Of a stretch of 64,000 bases of DNA, positions 50,101-59,100 are shown in pieces (within the stretch, counting starts at the first letter, position 1; the number at the start of each line of letters is the position of its first letter). Source of the DNA: an uncultured virus (IMG/VR IMGVR_UViG_3300022602_000034). Its lineage: Duplodnaviria > Heunggongvirae > Uroviricota > Caudoviricetes. A program made the position numbers and the translations under genes. The stretch lies in the IMG/VR virus record IMGVR_UViG_3300022602_000034. One strand, 5' to 3'. A model generated the notes under the pieces. The model did not search any database, was not told the origin of the DNA, and saw only the letters and a program-made list of their open reading frames with translations.

Positions 50101-53100
50101 AATCAACAACAATGAATTGTCTTATACTGTACATGAAAACTGGGCTATTAAGAACAGTGAGTACAGTGGTTTGAATAACCACAACTTTATTCAAGTTACA
50201 CTTGACAAATCTAAACTTACTGGAAATCCAGCGATTGTTAGTGTTGTTGGTGACACTAATGTAGAAGGCAGTCAGCAACAGATTCCATTGAATCAAGTTA
50301 AGAACTATGCTAGAAATATTTCAAATACTAATATCTTAGCAACACTAAGTGAATCTAGTATTGTTGGTAGAATCCCAACAGCTGGATACGTCAATGTTGA
50401 TGATGTTGTTGAATTGGGATATAATGTAGCTTCATTACCAAACGGTAGTATTTACGCAATCTATCGAGGTGACTATATTTGGTTAGCCAATGTCAATGGT
50501 AGTTGGGATGTATATACACCATTGCCAACAAACATCGCAGTAACTAATATCATTAATAACTTAAACGGAACAATCACTGTCAATTTCTCCGGTGCACACA
50601 ATTTACAAGTAAGTCAAATTGTAGGTATACTAAACTTTGATTCCAGAGTTGATGGTTACTATACTGTAAAAGCAATCAACAATTTAACTTCAATTGTAGT
50701 TACAAGTAACTTAGTAAAAACCACATCAGTTGTTAACGGATACGGAGCTTTCTTCTTATTACAAAGTCAACGTGTTATTACTTCTAGAGATATTGTTGGT
50801 TTACCGTTAAACAATCAAGAATTTGATACTAATTTAGTTTGGGTAGATGAGAATCAAAACGGTGAGTGGACTGTTTATAGCAAAACACCTAACTACTTAC
50901 ATAATGAACTACCTAAAACTAGAAGCAATAATGCATTTACTACTATTAAGTTTGGTACAGCAGTTGCAAATGTGCCGGTGTTAGGATATGTAGTTGGAGA
51001 TGCTGCCGACAACAAAATATATCATTATTTGGATAGCATCAATGGCGACGGCACTTTCTTTACTGACTATTTCCTATCATATAAAGATGGATGGTATAAT
51101 CCTGCAACAAATCAAACTGAGACTGTTGCAGCATTTGGATCAGTAATTGTTTACAGTGATGAAGTGATGGTGGTATCATCTCCAGACGACACATATACAA
51201 ATAACCATATCTTTATCTATAGAATTCCTAGCGAAAGTAATATCAGATACCCCGTGCTTGAGCAAGTTATTAACTTACCTTCAGGCGTAGATGGTGATGG
51301 GAATCCTTATCATGTGAAAGCCGGCTATGCTATGGCAATCTCCGGTGATAGCAATGTATTATATGTTGGTGCAAAAAATAAACAGGGTGATTATGGTGCA
51401 TCAGAATATCTATTGTCTTTTGCAAGAGACCCTAATTTAGAATTCACTAATTTGGGTTTTGTGTTAGCACAACCAACAACGTTAAACAAAAACTCATTTG
51501 TCATTTTTGGTAACGCTTTATCTAGTATTACTGAAGGTCAGCGTGTCTCGTTTATAACATTCTATCTACAAGTTGGTATTCTTGCAATTAATGCAATTCA
51601 AAACAATAACTACTTTGTATGTGAAGGTGACGTAAGTCAAAACATCTATACTGGTATTCAAGTATCTTTCAGCAATACCGGTACTGCAGGAGACCAATTA
51701 TATACTGTAACTCATACATCTTACGATCCTGATGCTAACACAACTACCGTATATACTGAAGAAATTATAGCAGTTACTACATACAATGGTACAATTGTGT
51801 ATGCAGCATCCTTTAGCCAAGATATTATCTACACGGTTGTTACTGGTTTGTATGAAAACACACTAGTAAATGACTATACAGGTGACGGTGTTACTGTTGG
51901 ATTTAGATTAGCGCATATTTCTACACCTAACACTGTAAGAAATTCAGCAAACACTGTGGTTAAAATTAATAATACAGTGCAAGCAACTTCTACTTACTCA
52001 TTTACTGGTAACTATATTACATTCAATACTGCACCAAGCAACAATGCTAGTATTGATATCACAACAACTATTAATTGTACAACATTCTTTATCGTAGGTA
52101 CAATGCAACATATATCTCTTGCAGGTGCAGCGGTATATCATTCTCATATTAACTATCAATTAGTAGGTGCAGCACAACCTCCGGTTGTTAACTTTGGTGA
52201 TAACTTTGGTGCAAGTATTGCAACTAACTATGACGGTACTCGTGTATTTGTTGGATCTCCTAATGCTTCGTTTACCACTACTGACAATGTCCATACAATT
52301 TCTAATGTAGGTCGTGTTTGGGTAGCCGATGCTATTATTGAAAATTATCAAATCAAGTATGACCAAAACATTAATACACCTTTCTTTGCTTTAACTGTTG
52401 CATGGATCCCCACAGCTAACTCCATTGTTTTGTGGAATGGAACTCCGCTACCAACAACAAAATATATTATTATCCCTGGCAATGCACAAACAAACGTGGG
52501 TACTGTTATCTTGATTGGGCCAGTTGGATTAAAAGCAGGTGACATATTAACATTTAGAAGCTACAACTTAGTGTTCTCTCAATTCTTAATGAAGTCAACT
52601 AACTATGCTGATTTGCGTCCAGGAGAATTGTTCGGTGCAAGTGTTGCTTGTAATAAATGGGCTAGTGAAGTTATGGTTGGAGTACCAAACGGTGTAGTTG
52701 ATAACGACCAAGAAGGTGCTGTAATTAGATTTACTTGTGAAGGTAGAAAATTTGGTACAATGAGTGCATTAGTTGCTGCGGACTCATTCCAACCCACATA
52801 CATTTATATTAATGGTTTTGTTGTTAACTTGTTTTTATCTGTTGATTCAACAAGTAGCTTTACTCACGGTTCAACTACGATATCAGTTAGTCCTGACATT
52901 GCAGCAAGAATGCCGCAAATTGGTATATTGACCATTCAGAATATCTATAGTAATAATTATACTATGGAATATACTAGTGTCAATCTTACTACTGGTGTGA
53001 TTACATTAGCTATTGCATTTGCAACAGATTTAACATCAAGTGCATATCCTTCAGGTGTGTGGCCTGCAAGTGATTTGCAAGTTGTTATCCCGTTAGGCGA

Positions 53101-56100
53101 CGCCGCTGACATAGCATATGTGATTAATCAAACAAATATTGTAAACGTGTTTGCTGGTACCGATAATGAAGATAGATTGATTATTTCTTTGATTGATACC
53201 ACATTGGGTCAAAGTGAGAACAAACTCAACGTCATGGCATTGAATGGTAATGTCATTACTGAAATGGGTATGTCATTGTATACCAAGACACAAACTATTT
53301 CTAACCCACACCCACAACATAATTCATTGTTTGGTACTGTTGTTAAATTTAATGAAACTGGTTCAATCGCAGTAAGCGCCCCGGTAACTGATAGATTCTT
53401 AAAAACAACATTTGATTATGATTATACAATGGATATACATAGTCAAACTGCATTTGATAGTAACTTAACTGAGTTTATTGATTCATTTGATCGTGCTGGC
53501 GCGGTATATATCTTTGATTATATCCCTTGCTATAACGAATCATTGTTGAATCTAAGTAATTATATCTATGCACAACCATGTCATGATACCGTACAAGATT
53601 ATGGTACATTGCCTATGTATGGTAATGCCTTAGACTTTAGAGACAATTTGTTAATGATTGGTGCACCTAACTTCAAGTTAGATACTGCCGGTGGTAAAGT
53701 TGTAATGTACAGAAACAGTATAGGTACAAGTAACTGGACTACATATCGCTACCCTGATAGTATTGTAGATATTAGCAAAGTACAAAAAGTTCAATTGTTT
53801 GATAACACAAATGATAAGACACTATTGTCTTTAGATTATATTGATCCTTTACAAGGTAAGTTCTTGGGGGCTGTGGCAGAAAACATTGACTACACTACTT
53901 CAATTGACCCAGCCGGATACAATAGTGCAAACTATAACAAAGGCAAGATTGTATGGAATAAAAATCAAGTTGGTAGTATTTGGTTTGATGTATCTACAAG
54001 TAGATTCTTAGACTATCATCAAAATGATGTTTCATACAACAGCAAATATTGGGGACAAACATTCCCAGGAAGCAGTGTAGATGTTTACACTTGGGTAGAA
54101 TCACTGAACCCACCTAATTTATACAAAGATACAACCGGAACACCGTATGATGTTTCTAAGTATGCAGTGACATTCGTAACTGATGCTAATCATGCAATCG
54201 TGCCTATGTACTATTATTGGGTCAAGAATACAAACAAATTGTATGCATTACAAGGAAAAACATTAAGCGATTATACAATTTCTCAATATATTGCTAATCC
54301 AACTAATTCTGGTATAGCATTTATGGTTCCATTACGTTCAAATACATATGGTATCTATAATGCAAATAACTATATCAATGGATTGACAACTAACTTGCAT
54401 ATTGGCTTTAGTACAAGTACTAATGATACCCCTGCTCACATTGATTATAAGTTAATTAGAACAGATTATCCTGAAGACTTCTTATCAGGATTCCCTGATG
54501 CTAAACGAGGAAATCCTGATCCAACTGGTGTCTATGAGAAATTGATTGATAGTTTTGCAGGTAGTGATAGTTTTGGTGCAGTTGTACCCGACCCAATACT
54601 ACCTAAGATGTTACAAATTGGAACAAACATTAGACCACGTCAAAGTATGTTTGTTGATAGATTTGCTGCACTGAAAAATTTCATTGAATTCACAAATAAT
54701 ATTATTGTAAATTATCCAATCAGTGAGATTGAAAACTTAACATTGTTAAGTGAATACAGTGATACTTTTGACACCAGAATTTATTGGGAATATACCTATT
54801 GGTATGCTACTGGCTATTCCAGCACTACTAAAACTAACCTAGAAGTTCAAACTTATTCTGATTTACTAACATTCAGTGCATATGAAGGTATGATTGTAGG
54901 TGTTGCAAAGAATGGTAAAGGTAAACGAGAAATCTATGTATACACAAATAGTGTATGGAATCGTGTTGGATTACAAGACGGAACTATCAACTTCTTAAGT
55001 AGCTTGTATGATTATGCTAATAACAAGATTGGTTTTGGTAATGACTTCTTTGATGCATCAGGATTTGATGCACACCCAACAGTAGAATCTCGTTACATTG
55101 TTCGTGGTATATTTGAACAGATTTTCGTTAACGATTTATTTGCATATAGAAATAAAGCGTTGATCTTGATGTTTGAATTTATCTCTAGCGAAAGTGTTTC
55201 TTCAAATGGTTACTTACCTTGGTTGAACAAAACAAGTTTTGCAGATATCACTTATAATGTAAGAACCTTAGCACAGGATACTAAGTATCGTTCAGATAAC
55301 TTGGGATTATTAGAAGGCTATTTGAATGAAATAAAGCCATATCATGTGGTTATCAAAGAGTTCACATTAGAATACTCTGCATTAGATACTATTACAGGTA
55401 CCATATCAGACTTTGACTTACCAACATTTTTTGATAGTAATTTAGGTAGATTTGTATCACCTCAATTGACATTTAAAGGTCCAACTAATAGTTTTGAATA
55501 TCAAGATTCTGATCCAATCTGGTCTAGTTCACCTGAATTCATCAGATGGCATGACAACTTTGGGTTATCTTTAGTTGATAGTCCTGATGTTGTAGTTGCG
55601 TTTGTTAACCAATATCTAAGACCTAATGACACTGTATTATATGTTGATAATGCAAGGGGTATGCCAGTCGAGGGTATTATTCTTGTAGATTCTGAATTGA
55701 TTAGCTATACAGGTATTGATAGAGAAAATGGTATACTGACCGGTCTCAATAGAGGATTGAATGCCACTCAACCTACATTCCATATCCCGGGCGTTCAAAT
55801 TATTATGGATATACCTAGTGTAACATTATTGAATGAAGGTAGGGGATATACATTTATTCCTAACATTGTCGCATATATTGATACAACAATTTATCCTGCA
55901 CCGTCAATCCCTGCAGTATTGTCACCAATCATGTCAGGTGATAAAGTTATTGGTATTACTATAAATGATCCAGGACAAGGGTATGTTGTATTACCTGAAA
56001 TTATCATTGACCCAAGTATCACATTTGCATTCTCTACTAGTGCTATTAACAATAACGGTTTTATTGTTTTAGGAACTTCTGAGTTTAATACTGGTGATTT

Positions 56101-59100
56101 AGTAAGATCAGTTGGTAGTGGTACTAATGGATTAACATTTATTCCCGATGGAAACTATTATATCAACGTATTCTATCAACAAGTTACTGGTCTATCTTTG
56201 ATTTCATTCCACAAAAGCTATGGAGATAGTTTAAGAAAAGTAAATCCTATCACGTTTACTCCTGTTGAGAATTTATCTAGTGGATATACTCATAGTATTG
56301 GTGTATGTGCATACGCTGTTGTTTATGCAAATAATTCGCAGGTTCGTGGATTTAGAACTACACTTAAATTTGATAGAACAAGTTATAGATCAACCGTAGT
56401 TCCTTGGACACCAAATCAATATTGGTCAAGTGCTTTTCACAATGCATCTTCAAGTGTAAACACAGATCGCACTTTGGGCTATTCTGCAACTTATACGATT
56501 GGTCTAGATGCTAGTACTGTTAGTCCCTTAGGTGGTTCTGGTGCCACATTCACTGTGTTGAATTGGGTGGAAGCAGGAATATATGAGGCTAGCCTAACTA
56601 CAGGGGGTTCTGGGTATAATTCTGGTGCTTGGGTATCATCATGGACACTAACTCAAGCATTATCAAACTTTACCGGTAGTATTATAACTATATCCGGACT
56701 ACATTTAGAAGGAAGTAGCGCAAATAATTGCTATATCTTTGTAACATCAGTTAATGGGTCAGGTAAAATTTTAACATATCAAGTGTTGGGTACACCTGCA
56801 ACTGTAGACACTACAAGTTTACAAAGTGCAGTGTTACCAATATTAGGATTACAATCATCTGGTACAGGTGGTGCGGTAATTTCAGTTGACTATTCATATA
56901 GTAGATTATTACCTGGTCAAGTTAATGGTACACAACTGTATTTCTATCGTGTACATGCTGGTTATTTGTTTACTGATACCGGTGGCGCTCAGTTTATGGT
57001 AACTAGACCTACATTCAATGATGGAAAAATCATTAACAACTATACTGTTACTTTAATTGCAGGCGGTACAGGATATACTCAAGGACAAACATTACGTGTA
57101 TTGGGTTCATATCTAGGTGGAACAAATTACACAAATGATGCTATTATTCAAATAATACAGGTCAATAATGACTCATCAGTGTATTTGGTAAGTGTTACTG
57201 GAACACCCGTTAACGACTTCCAACAATATTATGTTAAAGCAATCAATGACTCACAATTGGGTATCTATTTTGACCCAACATTAAAAGTTGAAGTTCCATC
57301 ATCATCATTCATTTGGGACGGTTCAACATCTTATACTTCAAATGGTTACGGTTATCCAGGAACAGATTATGCGTTCTTGCCAGAACCGTTGTATAGCAAT
57401 ATGAACTTTGGATATTCAACTCGTTCATTAACAAGCTATGCAAATACAATTTGGCAGTGTATTGAGACTAATCATGATTCATATTTTGATCCTACTAAGT
57501 GGGTACCTATAAGTCAAAGTGATTTTGGTCTAAATGCATTAGACAGAATTGAAGGGTTCTATCAACCATCATTTGATATGCCTGCTAAAGACATTCAACA
57601 GTTGTTGAAAGGTGTAACTTATCCTAATCCAACATATTATGGTAATAAGTTCAGTGCAACAGATCAACTACCATTAGATGCTACTCTAGTTGACAGACCT
57701 TTCTATCCAGTTGACCCTAACATTAAATCAATTATTAATGATAACTCACAGTATCTAGCGGTAGTAGACACACCGACTAAAACAGTTATAATTAGAAGTG
57801 CTGATTCTACAATTTGGTATACAACTACATTGTCTGAGATACCATTGGGTGTAACTAGTATCGCATCACATGATTTGATTACAACTGATCCTGGTACAGG
57901 TATAGCGCATCATCAATATACATATGTGATAACTACTAACACATCTACGTCAGGATTGATGGTTAGCTTTGATTTAGGTAATTGGTTAACTATAGGATCA
58001 CAAGAGAACTATGATGACCTGCGTTATGATATTGGTGAATTTGATGTATCTGCAATCACTGCTCCTACTATACCATTGCAAAAAGTTAAGTACTTAAACG
58101 GTGCTTTCTATGCGGTTGGTACACAAATTATTAGTAGCACCGATGCATTGAAATGGAACACATTGTACCAATTCAATAGTAGATTAACAAACGTGTTGAA
58201 TGACATTGACTACGTTAATATCCCTGCATATATTGGTTATATTGCAGTTGGTTTGGGAAGTCAGATTATTTCTGGTATAAACACCTCAGCTCCTATCATT
58301 AATCCTATTACTAGAATTATAACAAGTATTGATGGTGTTACATGGAACACACATCCAATTGGACTTTCACAATATGCACTAACTGGCGTGACTCACGGTA
58401 ACTCATTGATTGTTATTGTAGGCGATAACGCTCAAATCTTCTATAGTGTAAACTCATACAATTGGTCCGCAGCAACAATTGCAGGAACAACTATTACTGC
58501 AAAGATTAATAGTGTTGCTTATGGTAATAATTTGTTTGTTGCTGTAGGTAACAAGACAGGTACCGAGGCAAGTGATCCTGGTTTAATCTTAAAATCTAGT
58601 GATGGTAAAACATGGGTACAAGAATCTAACAGTTCTATTACTACAGAAAATTTGCACAATGTAACGTTTGATGGTAATTTCTTCTATGCTGTGGGTGACA
58701 ATGATACTATCCTTCGTAGTATTGATGGAATCAGCTGGGTAAGTCAATCTAGTCTAGCATCAGAAGATCCTACATATATTGTTAAAGGCAATGACTTCTT
58801 GTTTGGTTATGGACCAGAAGAACTAGTACCCGGAATCGTATCAGATGCTATTAGTATGCAAGTAAATACTGCGCCTAGCGCATATTGGGATATTGATAAT
58901 ACAGGGCTTCAATGGTATAAAAATTCTGGCTTTAGCATGACTCAAGTTTTAGGTAGACCCGACGCTAATAATCAATTTAGTTTTAATGGTGTGGTAATCA
59001 ATCCTATTCAAATTGCAGTGTTCTATTATGATCCTACATATGCAGGTTATACTAGAGTTTATGAAAACATAACGGTTAGTCCTAATAACCCATATACATA